This document shows positions 36,401-49,018 of a DNA stretch of 64,000 nucleotides, piece by piece. The stretch comes from Phaeosaccion multiseriatum (taxonomy: Eukaryota; Protista; Ochrophyta, other classes): the NCBI GenBank assembly GCA_965112735.1, contig OZ218961.1, positions 3,038,001 through 3,102,000 on the forward strand, in the 5' to 3' direction. The position numbers were made by a program, and so were the translations under genes. The notes under the pieces are model-generated. The model saw nothing but the letters and a program-made list of their open reading frames with translations, searched no databases and was not told the DNA's origin. Numbering within the stretch: the stretch's first letter is position 1; the number at the start of each line of letters is the position of its first letter.

Positions 36401-39400
36401 TCTCGACCATCGTAGGAAACAAGAGTCGTTTCAAAGAGGAGCAATGGGCTCCGTTGCTGCTCGGAACGGTGTTTCCTCTTCTCACCAGCGTGTTTGCTGC
36501 GACGGATGCCGCGAGCAAGGAGGCAAACACCGGTGTAGCCCCCGAGCTAAAGAAGGGGGTGCGAATGGTGATGCATCACAGCCGAGACTCCGATCGCAAG
36601 CAGTGGAATGAGACGCATGTATTAGCCATGCAGGGGCTCGGTCGTCTTCAACGTGCTTGTGCGAGAGAGCTGGGAGGCAAGCAGTGGTTCCGAGAGGCGT
36701 GGCACATTACCCTGGGGCTCTATCGGGACGCCATCAAGCTCGGATCCGAGTCTAAGGAAGTGGCCTTGGGGGGTATAGAGGGTATGCAGACCATGGTCAT
36801 ACTTGCCGGAATGGACGGCCTGAGCAACACCACGGTCCGAGTCTCCAGCAGTATGAAGGTGGTGGACGGAACCCTGCAGCGGTTCCCCGGTGGTGGTGGG
36901 AGTGGTGGTGGGGGGGATGCAGGCGGTCGGGTGGGGCAGGATGGAGCAGACACTTCTGCCGACTTTTTGAGAGCCCAACCTGTGATGTGGGAGGAGGCGT
37001 GGCAATCCCTGCAGGAGGCCGTGGGTTTGGAGGGTTTCAAGGTGGATGAAGAGGGAGATGTTGCGGCAGCGGCGGTGAATGCCCTCGCGGCGGTTTACAC
37101 GAGCTGCAAATTGGAGTTTGCGCCACCATCGACAGGAGCAGTAGCAGTATCTGCGACAGAGCAAGAAGAACGAGGAGGAGGAGGAGGAGGAGGAGGAGGA
37201 GGAGGAGGAGGAGGAGGAGGAGGAGGAGGAGGAGGAGGAGGAGGAGGAGAACAAAGTGCTGCTGATGATGAGGCCGTCGGCAGCAGTATCGAGGACCGTA
37301 GGCTTGGCGAACTGTTAGGCGCTCTGGCCGCGCTCATGCTAACGCGCTACCCAGCAGAGGAGGAGAAGGAGGAGGAGAGGGGCGGGGGGGACAGCGACAA
37401 CACCAACAGCAGTTTTGTTAGGAAGCGGTCGGTGTTTCGTCCGTCTGTCACCACCGCCCAACGAGCTATCCTAGCCTTTCTCAAGGCGCACTTGGATGTT
37501 TCTTCAGGGCGGGTGCTGGGCTTTTTGGCCACACACAGCTTCGCAGCGGCAGCAGCAGCGGGAGCGGACGGGCAGCAGCAGCAGCAGCAGCAGGGGCAGG
37601 TGTCTTCTGCGTGTGCCAAGGAGTGCGCACACACGCTCGGCGACTTGATCGACGGAGAAGCTCTCCCAGCAGAGACCAAAGCGGCCGCGCTTCAGCACAT
37701 TGCAAGCGAGGTGTCTCGTCTCTTCATCCGCCGCCAGGAGCGGAGGCAGTCCTTTCGCTCGGCCCACCAGCCAGCAGGCGAGCGGCGGGGGAGCCGCGGG
37801 AGTGGAGATGGGGTTGTTATGGAGAATGACGTGACGGTAAGAAGGAAGAGGGGAGGGCGGAGAGAAACTGGACTGGGAGGGGGTCAAGAGTTTCAGTTTC
37901 AATACGAGTTTTTAGAGATGTTCTTTCCACACCTGAGCGTGTGTTTATGTTGAGTCAGCAGTACCCCTTCCATTCTCAATTCGTGCTGTGTTGTGTTGTG
38001 TCGTGATGCTCTTTTGCTCTCATCTCACCCGCCTCCCCTTACACATGTACAGATCATCACCTTTACGCACCCGCCCGCCGGAGACACTCACGTGGCACTG
38101 CTGAAGCTGCTGCACCGCACCCTCAAGACGAGCATCCAAAGCCTGATGGAGCTCCCTACGAGCTCCCTGGGTAGCTGGACAGACGTCATCTTGGCCGTTC
38201 GTGACTTCGCCGTGCCGTGGGGGATGGGGTGCTTGTCGACTGACGACAGCCTCTACCAGCATCATGACGCCAACACCACTAGCATCGGTAACGGCAACAG
38301 CAATAGCAGCAGCAGCAGCAGCAGCAGCACCAGCAGCAGCAGCAGCAACAGTAGTAGTGGCAGTAGCAGCGGTGGTGGTGGGAGTGTGCCAGCCTCAGGC
38401 TCGGCGGTAGCAGTCAAACAGGGAGAGGGTCAGGAGGGGCTTGGAGGGCAGTTCTCCTTTGTACTGCATGAGGTTCTGACGCAGGTGGTGGAGGGGTGCA
38501 GACTCTGTGTCTTACCTGCTTCCCTCTTAGGGCGGTCTGCAAGTATGGAGGCGATGGCACTGGACGGCGGGGGCGGGGTGGGCCAGGCTGGCAAGGCGAG
38601 AGGGAAGGGGAAGGGAAGCGCTGGCGCTGCTGCTGCCTTGGGGGGTGGGGCGTGGAAGGGCGTGAACCCGGCGGAGAAGGTTCTGCTGCACCTCGCCGAT
38701 TGCTTGGGGGAGCTGCTGATTACAATGGCTCGACCGCTCACAGATAGCAGCGCGGTGATGCAAGTCGGCCTGGATAGTAGGTGAGTGGAGTGGGGAAAAG
38801 ACATACAAGAGGTTGATGACGAGTGGATTGACGGATCGGCGTCACGGAAGCTTTTCTCTCACACTTTGCTGCTGCAAAACTGGAACGCAATCTGGCTTCT
38901 CACCTAGTGAACCGTAGAGTGCCCTCCTCTTCCCCCTCCGCTGCCCCTGTTGATCTAAAGGAGAAGAACTGCCCTGCCTTATCGCTTGCACAACGCTTGC
39001 ACAAAGTTGCCCGGGAGAACAGCAGCCTACAATCTGTTGAGATAAATCGGTGTCGACACTGGATGTTGATCTCTACATCGCTGGTACATGTCCGTGTTGA
39101 CATCGATTCATCTCGACACAATCTTCCAACGAGAGCCCTCCGTCCGCTGGCCTCTGATCCTCTCTTATCTGGCTCTTGGCTCCACAAAGCGCTCGTCGCT
39201 GCTGCTCTGGTCCTCCTCTCGCAATCCACCCCACTGCTTTGCCCTCCCGTCATCACCCACCCATCCCACGGGCGTTAAGTCTCACGAACGCGCCACCACC
39301 CACCCCATCGGCCGCACTGACGCGTCTCCCTCACGTCTCACTGACGTCACTCACATGCCACTGCCCTCTGCTCACCACTTCAGCTGCTTTACCGCAGTGA

Positions 39401-40718
39401 CTGGGCAGTCTCATCTCACTGACGTCACTCACATGCCATTGCCCTCTGCTCACCACTTCAGCTGCTTTACCGCAGTGACTGGGCAGTCTCATCTCACTGA
39501 CGTCACTCACATGCCATTGCCCTCTGCTCACCACTTCAGCTGCTTTACCGCAGTGACTGGACAGTCTCATCTCACTGACGTCACTCACATGCCATTGCCC
39601 TCTGCTCACCACTTCAGCTGCTTTACCGCAGTGACTGGGCAGTCTCATCTAACTGACCTCACTCACATGTCATTGCCCTCTGCCCACCACGCACCCACGC
39701 ACCCACCCACCCACCCACCCACCTCAGCTGCTTTACAGCGGTTACCGGGCAGTTGCGAGACATGGTCGGTGCAGGAGGGCCTTGGCGGAGCTGGTCCGGC
39801 ATGCCTGAAACAGTGCAGCAGAGGGCGCTGTTGCACCTGTCACGGGGCTTGGCAGGGACCATTCATCGCTGTCTTTGGCTGGAGTGTGCTCCGGAGGAAG
39901 CATTCCGCAGCAGCGGCAGCAGTAGCAGCAGTAGCAGCAGTGGCATCAGTACTACTGGACTGTTTCACAGTGCTACAAGCACGACGACTGCTGGGTCTGT
40001 GACAACGACGACGGCGGTGAGTCGACGGGAGGAAGCGGTGGCTACCGAAGAGGCCCGCTGCCTGCAATTGTTGGAGATTGTCGACCACTTTAGCAACAAC
40101 ACTCTATGCACCACCTGGGACTTCGAAGCCAGCATGGCAACGGTGCTGGAGAACCCTGCCAAGGCCCTTCCGGACGTGGACGAGGTGCTCCCCTTTGCGC
40201 AGCAGCAGCAGAACGTGAAGGCACCACCGGAGCAAGAGAGGAGAGTGGATGCCTTCGACACGGCTCCGCACGGGGTGGTGGCGGTAGAGTCTCAAGTCCC
40301 TCCTCAGCCGGCTCGCGCTTCGGACGGGTCAATCTTAGTCCCTCCATCCCCCCCTCGACTCCGGCGGCCGGTACGGACAGCGCCCAAGAGCGGCAGTCGC
40401 GATGCGCCCACTAGTCGAGGCTCGCCCGAACTCTCAGGGGAGGGTGGAGGGGGTGCAAGTGGAGACGGTGGAAACGCCCACTTGGTGTTGCTGTCCCCGC
40501 TCTTCATCGCCGGGATTGAGTCCACGTCCGAGCCTCTGCGCAGGGAGATGGTGAAGTTGCTGCTGCGGGCGAGGCTTCCCATTCACCTGTCTGGGTTGCA
40601 GAGCAGGCTGAGTGCGGTTCAGGAGGAGCGTTTTGGGCTGCTTGCAAAGATTGAGGAGTTGGAGCAACAAGTTAGTCGGCTCTCCGCCGCATCGGTAGCA
40701 GCGGCAGGCTTCTTTTAA
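30494..40718 (+). CDS. MON2: Protein MON2 homolog (Arf-GEF-like endosome/Golgi trafficking protein), multi-exon
   Basis: N-terminal ELRALSVEAGKKHPAVKEAAERA and LLRPFLLAC; NLNLSLTAIGMLWTVSD; DVRNCAINTLF; MMHHSRDSDRKQWNET. Canonical GT-AG introns join the ORF blocks. Confidence 0.9.
34745..34994. repeat. Intronic tandem repeat whose units end in acceptor-like AATCTCTTCAG
   Basis: About 4-5 imperfect copies immediately upstream of the MON2 acceptor AATCTCTTCCAG at 34994. Confidence 0.75.
39331..39690. repeat. 78-bp intronic tandem repeat (~4.5 copies) containing branch point, acceptor and exon-start sequence
   Basis: CAG|CTGCTTTAC at 39381, 39459, 39537 and 39615, versus the in-frame acceptor at 39725. 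Confidence 0.9.
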
Positions 40719-41355
40719 TCATTTTGATTTTAATTAAGAAAGCGTTGTGCAATACCAATACCCTATCTTTGTTGTTCGAGCTATATATATATAAAACAAG
40801 GGGGTGATGCAGGCTGCTTCTTGGTCAGGGAAGGCGAAATTTCTGGTTTCCGCCCCCGAGTTGTCGCGAACATGCCCTGAAACGCCCGTAACTTTTTTCT
40901 TGTGCTGCTTAACCCTCCTCCTAGCCTCTATACCATCCGCAGAAGTAGAAGAAGACTAGCAACAACAGCAGCAGTAGGAGAAGTAGCAACAGCAGCAGCA
41001 GCAGCAGCGGAAGCGTCGCTCTGAGAGTCCTTCGGCCTATCTGTACTCTTTTTATTTCCAATCCCGTGTCTCTTGTCTCTCCGGCAACATGGCTTACCGC
41101 TATCTCGACTAGATGCTGGAGCTGCAACTGACACCTCAACTTCTACTGCTGCTACCTCTTGCTGCTCTGGGGCGGAACCACAGTCGTCCACAATTGTCCC
41201 CGCCCTCGCCAAGGCGCAGGAAGAGTAGCCTCGACCCCAGCGAAGGAGGCGTAGGAGTGTTCGAGACGGAGCTCAGCGAGGGGAGGTCCCTTTCGTAGGC
41301 CCCCATTTCACGTGATGCCACTGCTTGCAACGTTGGGAGGGCAGCAGTGAGCGCC

Positions 41356-44300
41356 ATGGGGACGGGTGCCAGCGCCGGCACCGGCTATCATGAAGGGGGC
41401 GACGCCGCCTTCGAGGAGCCTCCCCAGCGTCCGTCCATGTCCCGTCTGGAGTCTAGCATGAGGCACCTGCTGGTCACCACAGGAGGAGTAGTTGGGGGGG
41501 GGGAACGGGGAGAGCCCAGAAGTAGACGGAAAAGAGGCCGGCGGAAGGTGCGGGCGGAGGGGGGGGATGGCGACCAGGGGTCAGGAGAAGAAAGCAAAGG
41601 TGACGACGAGAGTGGGACAGATACAAGTGAGACGAACGCCATCGAAGGAGACTTCGGGGACGACCTGTCGATGTACGACGAGCATGTGCAGGCCCAGCTG
41701 GAGGAAATCTCGCGGCTCAATAGTCGGAATGAGCATTTGCATCGGAGTTTGACGGACGACGGGTACGACGATGACGAAGACGATAATGAGGGGAGTGGGA
41801 GCTCGAATGAGCTAACGGCCAAGGCCGAGGCTTTGCGTCTGGGGAAGGGGGCGAAGGTGGACCGATTGGCGCTGGCCAGCTTGTACCAGAGTACCGTGGG
41901 AGAGTATTGGAAAGTCAAGGACGGATGGCAAGGGGAAGATTGCTCCGTGTATTGGGGGGTCATTCAGCGACGCTCCCGAGTGAGCTCGCTCAAACTCATT
42001 GGCAACCACCTCTCCGGTCAGATCCCGGAAAATATTGGCACACTCAAGGGACTGAACCGACTCTTCCTGCAGAGCAACCCCATCATCGGCCAGCTACCGG
42101 ACTCCGTGGGCAATCTGCGGCAATTAGTAGAGCTGGACATCAGCTGGACCAGCCTCTCAGGACCTATTCCTCACTCCATCACACACCTGAGCTCGCTGCA
42201 GGAGCTGCGACTGCACGACAACAGACTCACTGGGCACTTGCCGCCGAACATGCACAGGATGAAGAGTCTTGTCCACATTGACGTTTCATCCAATGTGCTC
42301 ACTGGGGACGTACCCGTGGGGCTGGCGAGGCTCAAGGACACACTCAAATACCTCAACTTGGCGGACAATGACTTTACGGGGGTGTTTCCGGCCCAGATTC
42401 GCCTCATCGAGGACTGCCGCCTCTTCCTCAAGGGAAACAAGGTGAGATGGATGGATGGATGGATGGATGGATGGATGGATGGAGGGATGGATGGATGGAT
42501 GGATGGAGGGAGGGATGGATGGATGGATGGATGGATGGATGGATGGATGGATGGATGGATGGATGGATGGATGGATGGATGGATGGATGGCTGGAGGGAG
42601 GGATGGCTGGAGGGATGGATGGATGGAGGGAGGGATGGATGGAGGGATGGATGGATGGATGGATGGAGGGATGGATGGATGGATGGATGAATAGATGGAT
42701 GGAGGGATGGATGGATGGATGGATGGATGGATGGATGGATGGATGGATGGATGGATGGATGGATGGATGGATGGATGGATGGATGGATGGATGGCTGGAT
42801 GGATGGATGGATGGATGGATGGATGGATGGATGGATGGATGGATGGATGGATGGATGGATGGATGGATGGAGGGATGGATGGAGGGATGGATGGAGGGAT
42901 GGAGGGATGGAAAGAGAGACAGATAGACACGATGGAGGATGGACTGACAGATATGTGGGAGGAGGGGGAGGGATGAGACGAGATTGACGTGGGTGTATCG
43001 TATTGCCCCCCTCCCCTCTTTCTCCTTCTTTTCTCTCTCCCTCTCTCTCTGCCTCTCTCTCTCCCGATTCATCTCTTCGATGTCGCCCTCTCCGGTCTGG
43101 CGTAACGTCCCCCCCCCCCCCCTACCACGACCACCCCTCCTCCTCTGCTTCTCTCCCCTCCTCCTCTGCTCCTTCCCCCTGCTCCTCCTCCTCCATCCTT
43201 GCCCCCCAGCGACTAAACCTCGTTGAAGGACCAGACGGCGGGCTGAATCAAAACCTCTACCCCTTCAATCTGGTGCCATCTTTGGTGCTCATGTCCCTTC
43301 CCCGGCTCCTTCCCTTTGAAGAGGTACGTGCGTGCGTGTGTAAGTTCGTGGAGAGAGAGAGAGAGAGAGCAGATATCCTTCGTGTCGACCAACACGATAA
43401 GTCACGGGCGTCACTTCCTTTTGGGGGCTGGGAAGGGGAGGGTCTCACGTTTGCGTCCTCGACACACACACATATACATATACAACCATATTATGTATGT
43501 ATTTATTCATTATACGATGTACTCTTGAATGATGAGTTGCACACAGCTCTCTGAAACGTAAAAGAGCGACTCGTAGATGGACAGATAGACAGATAGACAG
43601 ATAGACGGAGAGGCGGATCTGAAACGTCCCGAGCAACGGATTGTGTCCCTTCCTAATACGCTTTTGTTCCGTTCCGGGTGCAATGCTCCGTCTGTCGGTC
43701 CCAACTCTCCCTTCCCCTATCCCCCCTCCCCCCCCCTCCCCCTCCCTCTCTGTACCTATCTATCTCTCTCTCCCTCCCTCCTTCCCTCCCTCTTTTTCTC
43801 TGTCTCTGTCTCTGTCTTCTCTCTCCCCCCCCCTCCCGCCGCCCCTCCCCCTCTCCCCTACCCCCTCAGATTGCGGGACGGATCTACACAACGAGAGGCG
43901 TGCTGAGGAAGCAAGAAGACAACCTTGACTACTTCCGCACAGAGATGCGGACAGGGAGCCAGGACAACGGCGGTGCGGCCCACATCGCTTCCATCGACAG
44001 AGACAAGGTTGCCATGATTAGTCACACGTGGCTGGATGAGGAACATCCGGACGACGAGTGCAATACAAAGTTGCAACATATACAGGTGTGTGATGTGATA
44101 ACAATGAAGGGAGACCATTATTGACTTCATATGAATCACCTAAGAAACTGAAAGCGTTGTGTGGTAGAGACGGATCGCAACGGGTCAAAAGGACGAGTTT
44201 CAGTTTGTAACGGGTCAATAGGACGAGTTTCAGCTTGAGGTTGAAGGACGGTGTCCTTCTTCAGGCGGGGTCGATTGTTTCCTGCCATGTTCTCCCGTGA

Positions 44301-45695
44301 AACTGAAACGACCTTCCCTTTCTCTTCGTGGTCAACAGGAGGCGCATGTCGTTGTCCGTTCTCTCCTTGTCTACCCTATGTGAAGGACAACAACTGACCA
44401 TATCCTTCCCCTCCCTCTCTCTCCGTCCCTCCGTCCCTCCCTCCCCTCCCTCTCTCCCGCCCTCCCTCCCTTCCTCCCTCCCTCCCGCCCTCCCTCCCTG
44501 CCTCCTTCCCTCCCTCTCTCTCCGTCTCTGTCCCTCCCTCCCCTCCCTCTCTCCCGCCCTCCCTCCCTCCCTCCCTCCCTCCCTCCCTCCCTCCCTCCCT
44601 CCCTCCCTCCCTCCCTCCCTCCCTCCCTCCCTCCCTCCCTCCCTCCCTCCCTCCCTCCCTCCCTCCCTCCCTCCCTCCCTCCCTCCCTCCCTCCCTCCCT
44701 CCCTCCCTCCCTCCCTCCCGCCCTCCCTCTCTCCCTCCCTCCCTCTCTCCTCCCTCCCTCCCTCCCTCCCTCCCTCCCTCCGTCCCTCCCTCCCTCCCTC
44801 CCTCCCTCCCTCCCTCCCTCCCTCCCTCCCTCCCTCCCTCCCTCCCCCCCTTCCTCCCTCCCCCTCTCCCTCCCTCCCTCCCTCCCTCCCTCCTTCCCTC
44901 TCTCCCTCTCTCTCTCCCTCCTTCCTTCCTTCCTTCTTCCCTCCCTCCCTCCCTCACTCACTCCCTCCCTCCCTCCCTCCCTCCCTCCCTCCCTCCTTCC
45001 CCCTCTCCCTCTCTCTCTCCCTCCTTCCTTCCTTCCTTCTTCCCTCCCTCCCTCACTCACTCCCTCCCTCCCTCCCTCCCTCCCTCTCTCTTTCCCTCCC
45101 TCCCTCCCTCCCTCCCTATCTAAAGTCTCTTCTGAGCGACCTCCCTGCCGTGGAATACGTCTGGATAGACTTCTGCTGCCTTCCGCAACGCAATAAGAAC
45201 GACGAGCACGAGCAAGCCGTTCGCTCACTGCCCTTCTACGTGCACCACTGCCGCTACTTCTTCGCCCTCGCTAACTCGGCTGATGACCTGCGAGGCAGGT
45301 ACCGGAGCCGTGCGTGGTGTCGATTGGAGATGTTGTTGGCTATTTGCCCCTATACCCCCCACAACATGGAGGGATGGTCGAGATCACATGAGGTACGAGG
45401 GAGGGAAGGAGGGAGGGAGGGAGGGAGGGAGGGAGGGAGGGAGGGAGGGAGGGAGGGAGGGAGGGAGGGAGGGAGGGAGGGAGGGAGGGAGGGAGGGAGG
45501 GAGGGAGGGAGGGAGGGAGGGAGGGAGGGAGGGAGGGAGGGAGGGAGGGAGGGAGGGTAGGGAGGGAGGGTAGGGAGAGAGGAAGACCCTCTTCTCTACC
45601 GTTTGTCTCTTTGCTATCTGCTTGGGTGAACATGGAGGAGAGAGGGTGCGAGAGTGGGAGAAGTGAGTGAGCGGTGTCTATATATATACACACAC

Positions 45696-45726
<31 letters not shown>

Positions 45727-47980
45727 CGTGTTGTTAAAGACTGTGTGCAGGGCGGTATAAATGGGGCACGGCAGAGGAGAGAGAGGTTACAGTCGCTTAC
45801 CGCGTGCCATCTTCCCCCCCCCCCTCTCGTCGCTCACTCCACCGCGTCACTGTGCATGAACTACAGGAAACACTCCAATTCGCCACATTTTGGAACGCTG
45901 GAGAGCGCGAGGAGACCGACTTAGTGTCTGTGGCGGGGGATGAGCTTTTGAACCCCTTAGAAGGTGAGCATTCAGGTGGTTGTCCGTTGTGGTTCAGCTG
46001 TTAGGTGTCAGTTTCAGTTTCTCCTTTTTCTACCGATCGACCAATCTCGAGAACGAACGTAGTGATTGGGTGAGCCCCCACCAGTGCCACCTGCTGCCAT
46101 CCGCTGCTTCATTGAGACTACCCCCCCCTGAAGCACTCACAGACTTCCCTTCGTACATCACCTGCGTTCGCCTCTTCTCATTTCCTTGCCGCTCACCCTT
46201 CAACCCTCCCTCCCCCCCCCTTCTGCTTCTCTTTTGCCTACCTGCCTGCCTGCCTGCCCATGTGCCTACCGATATGCCTGTCCGTCTGTCCGTCTGTCTG
46301 TCTGTCGGTTTATCTGTCACTGCGATGAGTAGGGGCGGTGAGCAGAACAGAGGACATGCCTCACATCGCCTTCATCTTCCGTGCTGCCCTCCGCTCTCTG
46401 TCGGAGCATAGCCTCATCAACGCCGACTTCTTCGCCTTTCACTCAGAATGGGCAAGTTTAGGTGAGAGAGAGAGAGAGAGAGACCTGGGAAAGAGAGGAA
46501 GGGAGAAAGAGTCAGAGAGAGACACTTGGGAAAGAGAGGAAGGGAGAAAGAGTCCGAGACAGACACTTGGGAAGAGAGGCAGGGAGAAAGAGTCAGGGAG
46601 AGAGAGCGAATGGTTCAAAGCGAGAAGGAGAGAGCGAGAAGAGAGAGAGAGAAGTCAGACTGGGTGGATGTCTTGTGCTTGCCTTTGTGCTTGCCTGGGG
46701 CTTTGTTCAATGAGCCTCTCTCTCTCTCTCTCTCTGAACGCGCTGTTCATGTAGCTCCCCTTTCTTCTCTTAGGGTTCGGATCACCCCACCTTGCTCTGA
46801 GCTTTCGCTCCGCACTCGCTCCCCCTCCCTCCTTCCCTCACTCCCTCCCTGTCTCGCTCCCCCTCCCTCCCTCCCTCCCTGTCTCGCTCCCCCTCCCTCC
46901 CTCCCTCCCTCCCTCCCTCCCTCCCTCCCTCCCTCCCTCCCTCCCTCCCTCCCTCCCTCCCTCCCTCCCTCCCTCCCTCCCTCCCTCCCTCCCTCCATCC
47001 GTTCCTCCCTCCTTGCTTCCTTCCTTCCTTCGTTCCTTCCTTCCTTCCTTCCTTCCTTCCTTCCTTCCTTCCTTCCTTCCTTCCTTCCTTCCTTCCTTCC
47101 TTCCTTCCTCCCTTCCCTCCCTCCTTCCCTCCCTCTCTCCCTTCCCTCAGTTGAAGCCGGGATCAACGTGGGAGTGAGGAGATTTCGGCCCAAAAGGAAG
47201 GGCCTTAGGAAGCGCAACTCGACAGTTACAGAAGATCAACCTGCAAAGCAACAACAGGATGAGCAACAGTCAAGTAGCAGCAATAAGCGAGGGGTGATGG
47301 GCTCAAGCGGCTCGGGTCAAGACAAGTGGGGGGGTGCAATGGTTGCTGCTGCTGCTGCTGCTGCCTCCTCATCATCGGCGCATTCGGACCTGACGGGCAC
47401 GGCGAGCACCTTGGGGAGTCTTAGTGAATTAGAGCTGGACAGGTGTAAGAAGGCAGTCGGGGAAAAGCAGGCTAGTCCCGCGGAGGGACGCAGCGCACCA
47501 GAAGGAGGGGCCAAGGCAACAAGAGGAACATCGCTGTTGTCGTCACCAGCTTCATCAGCAGTAGCAGTAGTGGCAGCAGCAGAAGAAGCAGAAGAAGAAG
47601 CAGAAGAAGAAGCAGCAGTAGCAGCAGTAGCAGGGTCGCGGAAAGCACGACAGTTGAGTCGTGACGGCGACCTGTCAAAAGGAACTGTCTTGGCTTCGGA
47701 AAGGAGACATGATGATGAACAACACAGCATACTAGCGGGAGGGACAGCAGCAGCGGCGGCAGCCCATGGCAGTACATGTAGCAACCCACCGGACCAACAA
47801 GACTCGATCGCAGACCTCGGCGCAGCCGTCCGGATGGCACCAACCCTCACCCCTCTGCCCTCAAAGCTTGCCACGCGTAAGACGGCGAGAGGCAGCTTGG
47901 ACCCGAGATGCAGCGTGGAGACAAGAGGCAACAGCGGGGGGGGAGGAGGTGGGCATAGTGGTGGTGCCCAGGCTGGCTGA
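41356..47980 (+). CDS. Leucine-rich-repeat protein with a HET-like domain, ~7 exons
   Basis: LRR cap [17 protein letters not shown] and plant-type repeats (LxxNxLSGxIPxxIGxL) at ~41860-42441. Later exons carry [22 protein letters not shown] and [10 protein letters not shown]. The start codon is uncertain. Confidence 0.75.
42449..42910. repeat. (GGAT)n microsatellite just after a splice donor
   Basis: Direct inspection. Confidence 0.95.
44403..45117. repeat. (CCCT)n microsatellite before a splice acceptor
   Basis: Direct inspection. Confidence 0.95.
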
Positions 47981-48762
47981 GGAGATGACACTCTATCGAG
48001 GGGTTTCTGCACACGACGTCCCCAACGTCTTGACATTAAAATTATATGATAGGTGCTAGTTCTTGTGATTGACTGCCTCATTCCCCTACCACGCCCCCCT
48101 CTGGTCCTGACACCAGCTTCTTTTTGGGGTATCGAATATCGATCTCTCTTATCGTACGTGTATCGCCATTCTGTATCGAGGACCGTGCGACGAACGTTCC
48201 AGCCGAGGAGAGTCTCTCCAACGAGCTCTGCGCCTCCGTGAGTGAGCGTATCCTTTCCCGACAGCGACGCTGTTGGCACACGTCACACGTCAGGAGCTTG
48301 TGGGGGACCTGTCGGTATACCGACTGCCCTGCGCTCGCCTGCCCGTATGCCTGTCAATCCCCTGCCCATATGCCTGTTAATGTATCGCCTGCCCATATGC
48401 CTGTCAATCCCCTACCCATATGCCTTTCAATCCCCTGCCCACTCACATTTATTTGCCTGGGGGGGAGAAGAATAGAGCAACTCTCTTCTCAGGGGGCCAA
48501 GGAGGAGAGGAGGAGGGGACGCCAATGAAAGTCTTTCCTTCATGCAAAGTCTAATTCGAAGAGCCCAACCGAGCACGACGAGCTGCCGCTGCCCCACGGG
48601 TCCAACTCGCACACGGCCCCTTCGGCTTGACCTCGAGATGGCACTAGATGGCACACATCCTCCTCTACCAAATCAGTCTCATTCCGCCGGCCTCGTCCTC
48701 GTCCTCCTCGTCCTCGTCCTCCTCCTCCTCCTCCTCCTCCTCCGGCGCTTCCTTCCTGCTCG

Positions 48763-48876
48763 ACCCCTGATACACTATCGCCACATTCTCGATAGCGCGC
48801 TATCGGGCCCCGGCGATAGCGGATAGCGCGCCGGCTGGCGCCGGCGATAGCGGATAGCGGATAGTGTATCAGGGGT
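48763..48876. mobile_element. Putative 114-bp MITE with 17-bp TIRs
   Basis: ACCCCTGATACACTATC ... GATAGTGTATCAGGGGT, flanked by TCG on both sides; internal GATAGCG repeats. Confidence 0.55.
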
Positions 48877-49018
48877 TCGGCTCCAGACTGGCCTAGAAGC
48901 CTATGCTCTAGGCCCTAGGCCGAGCGGCCTACGCCCGCTCTAGGCCTAGGCCGGCGGCCGTTGGCCGCTCTAGGCCGGCCATTTTTTCTCCCTAGGCCGG
49001 TGGTTCTAGGCCTAGGCC

